Assembly (NCBI GenBank): GCA_039621445.1
Contig: CP154954.1
Coordinates: 49,393,847 to 49,457,846 of the forward strand
Length of the DNA: 64,000 bases
Origin: Euglena gracilis
Taxonomy: Eukaryota
Direction: 5' to 3'
Position numbers and translations under genes: made by a program. Positions 1 through 37,874 of the stretch are shown here, one piece after another; position 1 is the stretch's first letter, and every line of letters begins with the position of its first letter. The notes beneath the pieces are model-generated. The model was given only the letters and a program-made list of their open reading frames with translations. It had not been told where the DNA came from and searched no databases.

Positions 1-807
1 TCGCTGAAAAAAAATGCAACCAAAGTGGATGACAGAAATCGTGCAAGAGTTTGCAAGACCACCACCCAGGTGGCTTCCTGGACCTCCTTGCACTGGGGCG
101 TGGCCACCAACCCCTTTTGCCAGCTGGCTGGACGCCCAGGCTTCTCACTCTACCACCCTCATCCAGCAGCCAGAAGCTCTAACAAGTGAATCCAGCAGTG
201 TATTTTGCAGGAATATGGAATGTACAAGGCAGACAAGAAATTGACCTTGGTGGCATTTTTGAGGCAAAATGGCCTTGATTTGCTCAGTTTCTCCAGTGGA
301 AAGCAAGGCAAAACTGCTCGACACATGGCAAAAAAAAATGCTAAAATAACGGCTCAATTCTGAATTTTTCCAAAATTAAACTTCCCAAAAATTTACCATA
401 AAGCTCAATGGGAAATTTTTGGAGCATATTTCTGTCTACTGTAATTTCTGGCAACCCTGGATGAGTTTTTACTGCACTAAACCACCACAAAAGAAAGCAA
501 TATTTTGAATCATTCACCATGATTCTTCTTTGGACAGTTTTTAAGAAAATGGATGGGCCTGGCTGGAAAAACCCTGTGCAGCCCATTGCTGGGAATGGGG
601 TGTGTTGTAATGCTACAAGAATGCACGTAAATGAGGCGACCAACAGGCTTGTGGCAGCGGCTGATCACACGTTGGAAATTACAAGGGATTCGGTGTAGTT
701 GTGGGAGTGTGGATGGCACGAAATCTGCCAGGCACCGGCTCATCCCCTGAGGAATTGAGGCACCCCACTGGCAGCTGGTGGTGTGCACGTATGGACATTT
801 GTGCATG

Positions 808-842
<35 letters not shown>

Positions 843-939
843 GTTCTGTGCATATATGTGTGAAGTTGCGTGTGTGATTTTGTGCGTGGAGTTGTGTGTG
901 TGTGTGTCTGTGTTGAGTCACGAGCATCCTGGAGAAAAA

Positions 940-26725
<25,786 letters not shown>

Positions 26726-27426
26726 ATGGTGTGTGGGGGGCTGGGGAACGGCCGGGGGAGGTCCTTATTTAGGGGTTTGGGGACGAGGCCGAGGACGGCG
26801 GGGGGGGGGGGTCATTCACACTGTCGGTGGGAACGTCGGCGGAGGAGGTGCCGGAAGCCCAGCAGGGGTTGGGACCACCAGACTCCCGGGGGGGGGGGGG
26901 CAGCCCACTCACCTTTAGTCGAACTCCCCCCGGGAGTGCCAAGAAGAGGGGGGGGGGGGGGGGGTCACGCGGTGCTAAACAAATCTGTGGGAGGGGGTCC
27001 AGCACCGCAGGAATCCAGGAAAGAGAAGGCTGCAGTATCACAACATCAGTTTTCCAGCCCCAAACAGGGGCATCGGAGGCTGTTGGTCATTTCTTTTATA
27101 ATGGGGTTCCCGGGGGAGGCCCCCCAGCTAAACAGTGGCGCATTCCGGGGCAACCCTATCCCTAACCCTAACCCCTATCATTACAACTTCCATACTGCGT
27201 GTTTGTCCAGGACAACTCCGTTTGTCCAGGACAACTCCGTTTGTCCAGGAGAACTCCGTGGAGAGGCGGTTGTGGGGTCCGATCCTTTTGTTTAACTACT
27301 GGGCCTGTAATTAAAGGCTGCAGGAAAACAACCCCAAAAATGCTGTCGAAACCCCATCAGCTTGCGTTCGAGAAAGTGAACCACCCTTGTTTAACTATTG
27401 GGCCCCCAGGGGGGCCCAGTAGTTAA

Positions 27427-27663
27427 CCCCCCCCCCCCTAATAGAAGCACGGGTGCGCTTATAGGGGACCGCCGCCCCCGGCGGCAGGAGGTGCGCTTCT
27501 ATTTGGACCCTAGGTGCGCGATTTTTGTTGATTTCCTTTAGAAATCCCATCAAAATGGGGGGGTGCGCTTGTAGCGGACCGCCGCCTTCGGCGGGGGGGG
27601 GGGTGCGCTTTTATTTGGACCCTGCGCTTGTAGCGGCCCCGTGCTTCTATGAGGGGGGGGGGG
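27427..27663. mobile_element. piggyBac-like MITE (TTAA flanks, CCC termini)
   Basis: TTAA-CCCC..CTAATAGAAGCACGGG ... CCCGTGCTTCTATGAGGG..GGG-TTAA. Related pieces at ~21163-21280 and ~40395-40730. Confidence 0.65.
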
Positions 27664-30211
27664 TTAAAGGCTAACAAAAAACTTATTGCCTTCAAAATCG
27701 GTCGGAGATATAATTTTGGGATCTTTTTGGGCAAGGATTTTCCAAAGAAATAATGCAAAAAAAAATCGGCGTAAAGCCTTTTTGACATTCTTTCTGAGAA
27801 AATACAGGGGTTGGGCCAAGCAAACAAAAGCCCTAAAAATTCCCATCACTTTTGGCCACTTTTCAGAATTACACTGCTTCAACCTTCGGTTCAAACGACA
27901 GACCATCCCCAGTGGTGGGGTTTTGGCCTGGACCCCCCCCACATCTGCACGACCTGCACTGCCACAAGAACCAACGAGATTTTGTTGCCAACCGCAGGAA
28001 AAGAGGGTGGGAGAGAGAGGCGCCAATTTTGGTGAGTTTGGCATGCCGGCAAAGCTGGCTCTCACGGACAGGTGGGAGGGGGAGGGGAGCAGACGGGGGT
28101 AACAGAGAATGGCAGACGAGGGGCGGACACTCACGGGAGAGGGTCGCCGGCAGGATGGTCTGCGGCGGCTCACCGCAGGGGCCGAACGACGCGCCAGTCG
28201 CCGATTGGGGAGAGAACTATGTCCAACAGCAAATTTGAAATGCGCGCCATGATTTTCCTGATGTGTGCGATCGCAGGTGATCATCGGACGTCCTTCTACA
28301 GACCAGCTCACGGGGCGCTGCTTGATGAACCTTCCCCCAAACTGACAAACTGACCCTGAGGCACACTGGGGTACCCCTGGCCAGAGGTGTTAGTTCGGAA
28401 ATTCACAGAAAACGCGGAGTGCCATCCTGGGAAGAAAGGCGCAAAAGCGGAGTCAGGGGGTACATTGGATCGAAAAGCAGTCAGTAAAACAAACAGCTGT
28501 GACCTTTGTTTAATCTTTAAGCAGCCGCAACGGGCTGTGTAAAATTGAGGCCAATCCCATGAGGGCATAATGGTATTTTTTTCGACTTTTGACCCATTCT
28601 GTATGCCAAGCCAAACCTCAGGCGGGGGGGGGGGGGCGAGGCAAGCCACACTGGGCTGGGCAGCTTTGGGCGCAACTTTGGGCAATACAAGATGGCAGCA
28701 TAGGCTGTCAACACAGGCTGGGGGGGATGACTTGAACAAGGCAACCATTTGGGCTATTTTAGGTCGTTTTGGGCCATTTTTAGCACCTTGCCTAAATCAT
28801 TTCCCCCTCAGCTTGTGTTGGCAGGATTTCCATCTTGGATTGCCCAAAAGTGGGTCCAAAGATGCCCAGCCCACTGAATGATTGATACCCCTACAATAAG
28901 TTGGTGGTGAAAAACAGAATTAGATGTATTAGGCGTTTCCAAAGCGATCTACAGACCTTGGCAGATTCCTGGGGAGAATAAACATGTTTCGGGCTTTGGG
29001 GGAGTCCTTCTGTCCCTGGACAATTTGCAATGGTATTTCATTTCATGAAAGCGCATTTACTTGGTCGATTTAAATCTAGCCCAAATCAATCCAAACCAAT
29101 CACATCTACGCTCTGTCCCCCTGAACAAAAGATGCAGCAGCCCATTGCTCCTCCGATCCAACGGGGGGGGGGGCAATGGTTGAAAACATGACAAAGAAAT
29201 CCCCTGAGCAGGGCTGGGGACTGCCTGCAACGTTCACGCGCACATGAACGGCACCACCAGTGGGGTCAGCAGCAGATTGCGATGCTTACTCCAGCGGCAA
29301 AACGATATGTACACTACGGCGAGCGGCGAGACGATAGGCGCGGAGATGGAGGGAACGGAAGGGAGGGGACAAGGGCTCACTTTGGACACATTCCCAAAGC
29401 GACATTTGCTTTGGACTTTGGAAAAAAAGGCCGAGCGCCAACCCCCGGGGCGCCCTTTTGGAATGCCTGGGTTTCTGTGCCAAACACTGTCTCTTTGGGT
29501 CAGTGTGGGGGAGGAGACTGAAAACGGACCCAGAATGGACCTTGACGATGGTGTTTCGCGAATCGCATCTTTTTGAACAAAAAAGGCTGAAATGTAAACA
29601 AGAATCACAGAAAAAACTCTGTTGTCTGCAGTAGAAATGAAAAAAAAATCCATGAGAAAAAAGGAGGTCACCCCCCCCCCCCCCGGGAACCCCCCAGGCT
29701 GTTGAGCCCATGGGCTGTTGACCTCGTCCTCTGTTGGGCCAACCCATCCCTGGAAAAAAATTTTCTGAGTTCAAAAATACACTACAAGAAATGTTTTCCT
29801 TGCTGAAATGTCTTCTTTGTTCGACGAAGAAGTTGGAAAACGTCGATAACACATAGTTCCCAAGATGATGTCCAATGGTGATAGGGTGCCTTGAGATTTC
29901 ATCCAGTTATATGGCATGCGAGCCCAAATATGGGGGAAGTGACCCCTGGGCCATTGGGCCCAACTTGACCCGGGTCAATATCCCGGGGGGGGGGTAAATC
30001 TTTCAGGAAGCGCCATTTCAAGAATTTGGATTTTTTCGGATTTTTTTGGATTTCAAAGTGTCAAAGATAGTCGGGATGCCAGCCCCAGCCCCCAGGGACA
30101 CACCATCATTCGGGGGACTGGACGGCAGGGGGGCCGCGGGTTGGTATGTACAGCGGGACAGGCCGGATCTAGCGGCACGCGCTTCTCCCCCTCCCCCTCC
30201 CCCTCACGATG

Positions 30212-33200
30212 CTACGCCGGGGGAAGGGATCTCCTGGCCGACGACTTGCGCCGCAGTCCGCGCCAGGCAGCCGTTTCCCGCCAATCCCGGCGGGGAGGGG
30301 ACTGGTGGTGAGGTAGGGAGGGGTGAGCAGTGGGGGGGGGGGGTAAAATGACCCTAAAAAAAGGCGACAAAAAACAAAAGAATGCAAAAAAAGATGCAAA
30401 TTGTATGTAAAATCCTTCAGGAGCTCCACTGGGATGTGCCGGAGAGGACTTGGAAAAACTGTCACCTTCTCCATTTTGATAATGTCTTGGGGACATCATG
30501 ATTTCAAAATCATTGGAACTGGTTGGCCAAAAAGAGTCCAAAAATGACAAAAATTCAACAAAAAAATTGGTCTCGGGAAGAAATCGGGCCAAAATGCGGA
30601 TTTTTCCAAGCCCAAGGAACCCAGAAAAGATCAGAAAATTACTGGGGAAAATGACACAAAAAAACCCACAAATTTTGCCGAAATAAAAAAACAACCAAAA
30701 ATGCATGTGCGCCTCCACTGGTATGAGGACTTCTGCAGGGTTGGATGGAAGGGGAATTGGATCAGTGACCCACCTCTCTGCCTCACACGGGAAGAGGTGG
30801 GGGTGCCCCCACCCACCAAGATGGAGGTGGATCGGCTTGTACAGTCCTGACCCCGGAATGTGTGCTCGTAAGAAGTCTGGAGGAGGCCAATCTTCCCTTA
30901 GAGCGGGTGGATTATTTCCACTGGCGCTAAAAAAAGGCGGAAACGACGATTGTCCACGGGCTAGCGGTGCTCTGGTGCAGAACCAGTCCTCCGCTCCCCG
31001 CGTGTTCCTGTCAATGGCGTCCACCGCTCGCCCCGCAAACGACCGCCTGGGCTGGACCTTTGGGTTAATCGCTCGGCAGTGGGGACAAGCGTTGCTGGTG
31101 GAGATGAGGGCACTTGGCCGCCCCGTGCCCGGCTTCCTGTTTGTTGGGAAATGCCGGGGAAATGCCGGGGAAATGCCGGGGAAATGGGGAAATGGTGGAC
31201 AGCCGGGGCGGGCCGGCCCTGGCTTGGTTGGCAGCGTTGGCCGGGGGGGGGGGGGGCAGGATGCCAGCCGGGGGCGGAAGGGGGACGGGGGCCGCACATT
31301 TGGAACAGGCACCAGCGTAGTGGCAACAGAGGAACTCGGCGTCCGCGACGTACGTGATGCAGAACTGCGGGGGACGGCGGGGCACAGGCGATGGGGACGG
31401 ATGGGGGGGAGGAGTGCTGGTGCAACGACAGCGATGGCGGCACAGGGTTGATTGGTGTGCGTGTGGAGGTGCGGAGCCATTCCGAACAGCACATGAGGGG
31501 ATTTGAAACCTTGCGCGTTAAAAGAACGTTTCGGCTCTTCTCGGCTCTTCTGCCCCCCACTGCTATCATAACCACGAGAGTTTCCTTGAAAAACGCTCGA
31601 AACGGACTGCAGGCAGTCTATGTTTTGGTCTTCACTTTCTGGCAACAACGTGCACAACGTGCTCGCACATTTCGTGCACAACGTGCAGCCACATTTTTGA
31701 AACATACCGATACAATGGCTGGAACCCGAGTTTCCTGACGTGTTTTTTTTGGAGAACAGGTTCGGCACAGAACCTCGCTGCCACCCGCAATACAATTTGA
31801 AGGAGGAGAACGTCATTGGCCCGAAAAGGGTCTGCCCCACCCCGTGGCCCACACCTGGCACAGCGAGGGGTCGTCGGGCTCGTTCATCGTGCAACACGAG
31901 GCGGCCCGGCACAGGGTCAGGCCCCGGCGGCGCAGCTCGGCCCGTACCGGCTCGATCTGCCACTCCAGGGCCCCGATCTCGTCCCGGCGGCGGGCCGCCT
32001 CGGCCCTCCGCGCCCCCTCTGCGGTGAGCACGTGGACCATCGTTGGGGACGCCACCACTTGCGGTGTCGGTCACTTTGGGAGACACCCCAAATCGACACG
32101 TTCACATCAACAAAAAAATGCACACACGGGGGCCGCATCCCTTGGTGGTTTTGTCAGCGATCCCTGTGAGTCCTCCTGAGGGGTTGGGGCCAGCTGGAAA
32201 AAGGCGACTCGGCTGGATCCGGAGTGGAGCAACCTGGAAAAACATAATATATAAAAAAACCCCAGAGTGACATTTATGCGAACTTTTAAGTTCAAGGCCC
32301 AAACTTGAGCAGCACATTTTCAAATCATTTGCTAAGCCAGTAAGCTTCCATCCTTTGGTAATCAGGTTCAGGGCCGAGGAAGGTTTGCTTGCAAAAAATG
32401 ACTGCGGCTGATTGGAAGGAATCCTGTTCAACCAGGGTATTAAATGAGGGGGAAGAGGAGGGTCTGGACCCCCGGAGGGGGCGGTCGGACCCTCCCTTTG
32501 CAAAAATCTTTCCGACGCAGAGCGCTGTAAGTTTTTGTTGGCCTTGAATAAATGACCAAAAATCGCTTCTTCACACAGTTTTTTTTGTTTGAAATCGTCT
32601 AAAATTACACCAAAAATATCATCTTCCCCGGATTATACACCAAAAAATTTATCCCCCAGCGTGAAGCGCCGGAAAAATTTTTTGGCTCCCCAGGGGGGGG
32701 GGTCCGGACCTACCCCCTCGGTCCGAAGGGGGAGTGGTCTGGACCCCCCCCCACGGGGGAGGGTGGTCTGACGCCCCTTTCCCCTGAACAAAACCAACCT
32801 TCACTTCATACCCTGCCTCCGACTTGACCGGCAGTATTTTCCCCAACAACGTTGTTTTTCTCACCCAGGCCTCCAACCTGACGTGATAGACCGTGATAGA
32901 CCAGCATGGGCGCACGTCATCCCGTTCTGCCCCACCCCCCCCCCCCCCCCCTTCGTTGCACAAAGGCTTCTGGTCTGTTTATGGCCGGCGCTAACTTCGC
33001 TTCTGGCCCAGTGTGCTGTGCGGTGAGTGGCCAGGTACCCCTTACACCAGTGCTCTTGTGTTGCTCCGCCTGGCCGGGTGAGCAACTCGCTCCCCCCTCC
33101 CCGGCGCCCCTCGTCCCACTGCCCAAGGGGCCCCGGGGCAGGCGGGACGCGGGCCGAGGATCAAGGCCTCCGCCTCCTGCTTCCGCTCCTCCGCGGTCCC

Positions 33201-33900
33201 CGGCCCGTCGAACAGGGCCAGGATGGCGATGTCCAGCCGCCGGTTCATCTCCCGCAGGCTGTCCAGGCGGGCGGCGCCAGGGCCTACTGGGGCCCGGCTT
33301 GGGGTTGGCGAAGAAATGGGTGGCGGTCGGGGGTTTGGCGGTTGGCGGTTGGCCATCCAGCCTGACATGGGTGGGGGCAAAATTGACATGAAACAAAACT
33401 CAAACGAAACGCAAAAAAACGCAAAAAAACCGCAAAAAAAAAAACGCAAAAAAAAAGAGCAAAAAAAAAAATGATTTGTTTCCCCACTGGCGCTCCCGCC
33501 AAAGGATGCGTCAGGAACGAGATGTCCCGGGCGGCCCTGGGGGCGGCAGGCGCCGTAGTGGTTGTAGAGAGTGTCATCGTCCATGGCCCCACCGACAGAG
33601 ACCGACCAAGAGGCACAGCAAGACGCACCAGGCTCCGTTCGCTTTTTATTCCAAACGAAATCTTGTCATGTCAAGCATGAAAGAAACACCACAAGAGGGG
33701 GGGGCTGCTTTTTTTGCTTTGTGGGGGTTTGCTCGTCTTGGCTGTGAGCTCCGTGGTGCGGTGGGAATGTTAGATGGCAGGTCTCTGCTCGACCTCGACT
33801 GTGACAGGCTCATCTCGGGCGTCGGCCTCGTACCAGTGTACCACTGCTCCGTACTCGGCATTCGAGGCGTTCCACGGGTCCTGCTCAGCAACCGCGCCAG
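30212..33900 (-). CDS. Multi-exon hypothetical protein (5' end unresolved)
   Basis: GC3-rich exon-like blocks: ~33280-33150 (RLDSLREMNRRLDIAILALFDG), ~32900-32780, ~32058-31854 (ends ...SLCQ|GTGTGG), ~31364-31320 (cag|FCITYVADAEFLCCH), ~31045-30975, ~30285-30212 (TAG). No family recognised. Confidence 0.5.
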
Positions 33901-35452
33901 GGCGGTGGCAAACAACCCCCAACCCCTCTTTGTCGGCTCATGTCACTTGAAAAAAATGCACCCTTCTGCGAACGGATGAACCTGCCTGAACCTGCCTGGG
34001 AGACGTGTGAGACACGCGGAAGGATGGGCCCATCATACCAACGGGGGATTGGGTCAACAAGGTTCGAGCCGGAAAGAGGGCACCGCCCTGCCCCCGTCCG
34101 ATGGGGCTCTGTGGGCGTTTCGTCTTGTTGGGGTTCCGGAAAGGGTTCAGGCAGTCCGCCAGAGCGTTGAAGCCCCGCCGTAATTTCGGGGTCAGCGCCA
34201 GTGCGCCGCTTGCTGCCCCCCCCCCCCCCCGACCGGCTCAGGGGCCGGAAGGTTTGTGCGGGCCAGCTTCGATTTTTGGACCCAACGCTTGACCAGCCCA
34301 GCACACAGCAACCCGCTTTCACCATTTCGACACGTTTCGGGGTCACTTTCACTTTCAATGTAACCCGTAAAACGGGGGGAAAACTGGGGCCGGGGGAAAA
34401 AGCCACTGGCTGGCTGGGTCCTGCTGCCTGGATGGTCTTTGGGAAGCGACGCCCTCGCCATCACTCCACTATTGGCAGAAAGTAAGGAAGGGGTAGGCTG
34501 CAGGGAGAAGGAAGGGGGATGGACCACACCGCAGCCGTCCCCGGGGTGACCCTGCCCTGCCCTGCCACACCCTAGACACCATCCAAGGGGCCCCAGCCCC
34601 TTCAATAGCTCCCATCCTGCCACAGTCCGCCTTCACAGATGACTCAAATAACACCTGGCAAATATTCCTGACATCCGGCACTCACATGGGGATTCATCAG
34701 ACCTTGTCTTCTGCCTGTTTCCCGGAATTGCACAATTTTGACGTTGTTGCAAACAATTATATTGTATGAAGGCCCAAACAAACCCCTATTTGCACCCTGC
34801 ACGGTTGCCTCTCCGAGCCACCAAGGCAATGTCTCCACCCATAATTGATGGTTTCTCCTTCCCTGGTTAAATCCCCCCAAAAGATCAGACCCCCAAATCA
34901 AGGCCAGGAGTGGCTGGGGACTGCGTTGTGCCGCGGTGCCTGACACCGTGCATGCCATCCTCCCGGCAGCAACCGGTGGGCCATTCCATTCCAAGCAGCA
35001 CTGCACATTGTCAAATGGAACGTCGCTGCGAGGGGGGAACAGAGAGGAGGTGATTGAGTGCTGCGCGAGGGCAGCTCTTTAAGGGGCGCGAGTGGAGTGG
35101 GCTGTCGCGTCTGACCAGCCCTGCCGAGGGACACAGAGGGGAGGGAGAAGTGTGAGGTATCGGCAGGGGCGGCTGGTCCGGTCCCTCTAAGAGGTGGGGG
35201 GCGGCGACGGGGTCACCGCAGCGGCCGCCGGGCCACGCCACACCGGCCGGGGGGGGGGGCGCCCACCCTCCCCGGTGCTCTCCCCACTGAGATTCATGTT
35301 GAAGGCAAAGGATTGAAGGCAAAGGGAGGGCGGGCTGTCCTTGGCACAGTCCCCAGAGAGGATGATGAGAGGATTGATGAGGAGAAAGACTCTGGTGGTT
35401 GGCTTCAAGGGGAAGAGTTTGGAAACGGTGCGCCTCCCGCCTGGCTGGAACT

Positions 35453-37773
35453 TAGGCGGCCGGATTCGCACGTAAGCTTTTTTCCTTTTGATGCGCGCAA
35501 TTGCGCAAATGTACCATTTTTTTGTAACCACTGGGACCCTGTACCCTGACACCCGGAACACGATTTAAGAACCGTTACACCCCTGTATTGGAGGGGATTA
35601 ACTCCCAGTGGTCTGGTGTGCATGCTGCTTACCAGGTGACGTTAATAGGGCTGATGGTGAGACTGGTGCTGTTGTACATCAAACGGGAGAGAGGCACACA
35701 CCCCGTGTGACGACACTTGGAAACGGTGCTGGCGTGCTGGCTGAACTGGCTGTGATACTACCGCCACCGGTGAGAACACACGGGGCCTCGTGACATCACA
35801 CACCAGAGACACACAGACTACGTGAGGCAGACGTCGGGCAATTGATGCAAATGCAAATGCGCAAATAAACATTTTATACACCGCTTCAAAATGATGTGTT
35901 TGTAGCAGCCTTAGAGCACACAAAAAAGTTGCGCGCAAATGCGCGCATCAACACACATCAGTTGTGCGATACCATCTCCTCCTCCGTGACAGCTGGCGAA
36001 CACAACTCCTCACGCCACCCAATGATTACGTGGCGATGAAATTTGTGGTGAGAGGTGGTGTGGAGTGTTCACTGGAACACGGCATGTGACTGGCCAAAAT
36101 TTGCCTGTCTTACGTGTGTACATTTGCACTGCTGTTACCCGGCCCACACGACCTGTTGTTTTGGCGTCATCCGTTTGGCAGTTAAACGTAATGAATTGAT
36201 GACATGCAAACGACCTGTGACTGTTGGACACCTTTTCTGCAACAGGACTGCGTTACAAGAAGACAAAATTTGCACCTGAAATGCCTGGGATGTGTCCGGC
36301 CGGAGTCCGTTTTATGGTTTTTTTTTGTTATTTTTCCCTTGAAATATGTAAAAAACACCAGTTTTTGTGCATAATTTGGGGGGAGTGGGTCCCACCGCTT
36401 TGTATGCACCCAATGCAGGGGTAAACGTTCACCACTTCCTTGCATCCAAAATAACGGGTGCTTGAGGGCTACCTCTCTCCGGCTGCGGCTGCAATGCACT
36501 GGCACCACGTCGTCCCCCCAGTCTTACACCCCGGTGGCGGGGTATAACGTGGCCGCTTCGGTGTGTGTTGTTGTGCCGGGGAGGTCAATGCCGATCTGCT
36601 GGGTGCTGAAGCATCAGCAGCTGATGGGGCTGCAGCAGCGGAGCCGAGGCCGCAGGTCAGCGGCAGGGCCCTTGGGACCCAGAAATTGGTGCCGGTGGAC
36701 GTGTACCGTTACTGGGTAGCTGCGCACCCACCTTCAAGAGATCCCATGTCTCCATCTTTTGTGGGACTTGTCAATGGTCCAAAAACAGCACAATGAAACC
36801 ATATGCCGGAGGAGACGGTGTGCTTTCAACCCATTCAGAAGCCACTAAGGGTAGCTGTAAATGGGTCAAATGCAATCGTTTTCTACTCCTCCATTAGTTG
36901 TTTATTTGCGTGTCAATTTTGTGACAAACCCACCAACTTGGTCTGCGCACCCACGGCTCCTTTCTCACACCGTTTTTCAACGGCGTCAGTTCATGGGTAC
37001 CAAAGCTAAACACTGGAAGGGCAAAATTGTGTTGATGCGCGCAATTGCGCGCTTCAACACAAACATGTTGATGCGCGCAATTGCGCGCATCAACACAATT
37101 TTGCTCTTCCAGTGTTTAGCTTCTCCTGTAGGGTTCTTTGCCACACAACTGGTTGTGCGGGTCCCGGGTATAAGCCGGGTGGGAGACACCCGTCCCTTTT
37201 GTCCCCTTTATTCCCTGTGGACCCCATTTCTTCACCCTCTGCGCATCCCTTGCCAAACACCCCGCACTTACCTTCCTTCCCCTGTGTCCTTGTCGCCGGC
37301 TTGGTCACACCGCACCCACACCCCCGGCACTTCCTCCCCGCGCTTTAACAAACAGCCCAAAAACACCACACCAAGGCGCCGCAAGCAACGCAGTCTGGCA
37401 AACACCCAGGACGCACACCGCCGGCAGCTCGGACACACCCGGGAACACAGCCGAAAGGAGCAACAGGGGCAGGAAAGGTCCCGTTCCCCAGGTGCTTTTT
37501 TGCGTTTTTTTCCCTTTGGGCCGGCAAGGTCCCGGGGGTTTCGACATACAAAGTCCATTTTGGTACACCCCAAAAACACCATTTTTCGCCAAAGTCCCGG
37601 GGGTCATACTGCTAAAAACAGAAATTTGCTCATTTTTTGCACTCTCTTGTTCACGTGTTTTCAAACCCCCCCTGACCTTCACAGCCCAAACAAAGCACAA
37701 TCAAAAAAATCGTAGATTTGCGCAAATGCGCAAATAAAAAGAAAAAAGCTTAAGTGCGAATCCGGCCGCCCAA
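35453..37773. mobile_element. ~2.3-kb hAT-like non-autonomous DNA transposon
   Basis: ~70-bp imperfect TIRs (TAGGCGGCCGGATTCGCACGTAAGCTTTTTTC / GAAAAAAGCTTAAGTGCGAATCCGGCCGCCCAA); flanks CTGGAACT / GTGGAACT; internal GCGCAATTGCGC motifs. Confidence 0.75.
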
Positions 37774-37837
37774 GTGGAACTCAGTCTCAGTTTCGGGTAT
37801 GATGGGTAACGGAGGGCGGTATTATTTACATATATGG

Positions 37838-37874
<37 letters not shown>

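Noticed and set aside
30212-32086. 624-aa ORF
   Set aside because: Runs through repeat and low-complexity intronic DNA. Only short blocks look coding, and some likely exons are in other frames.
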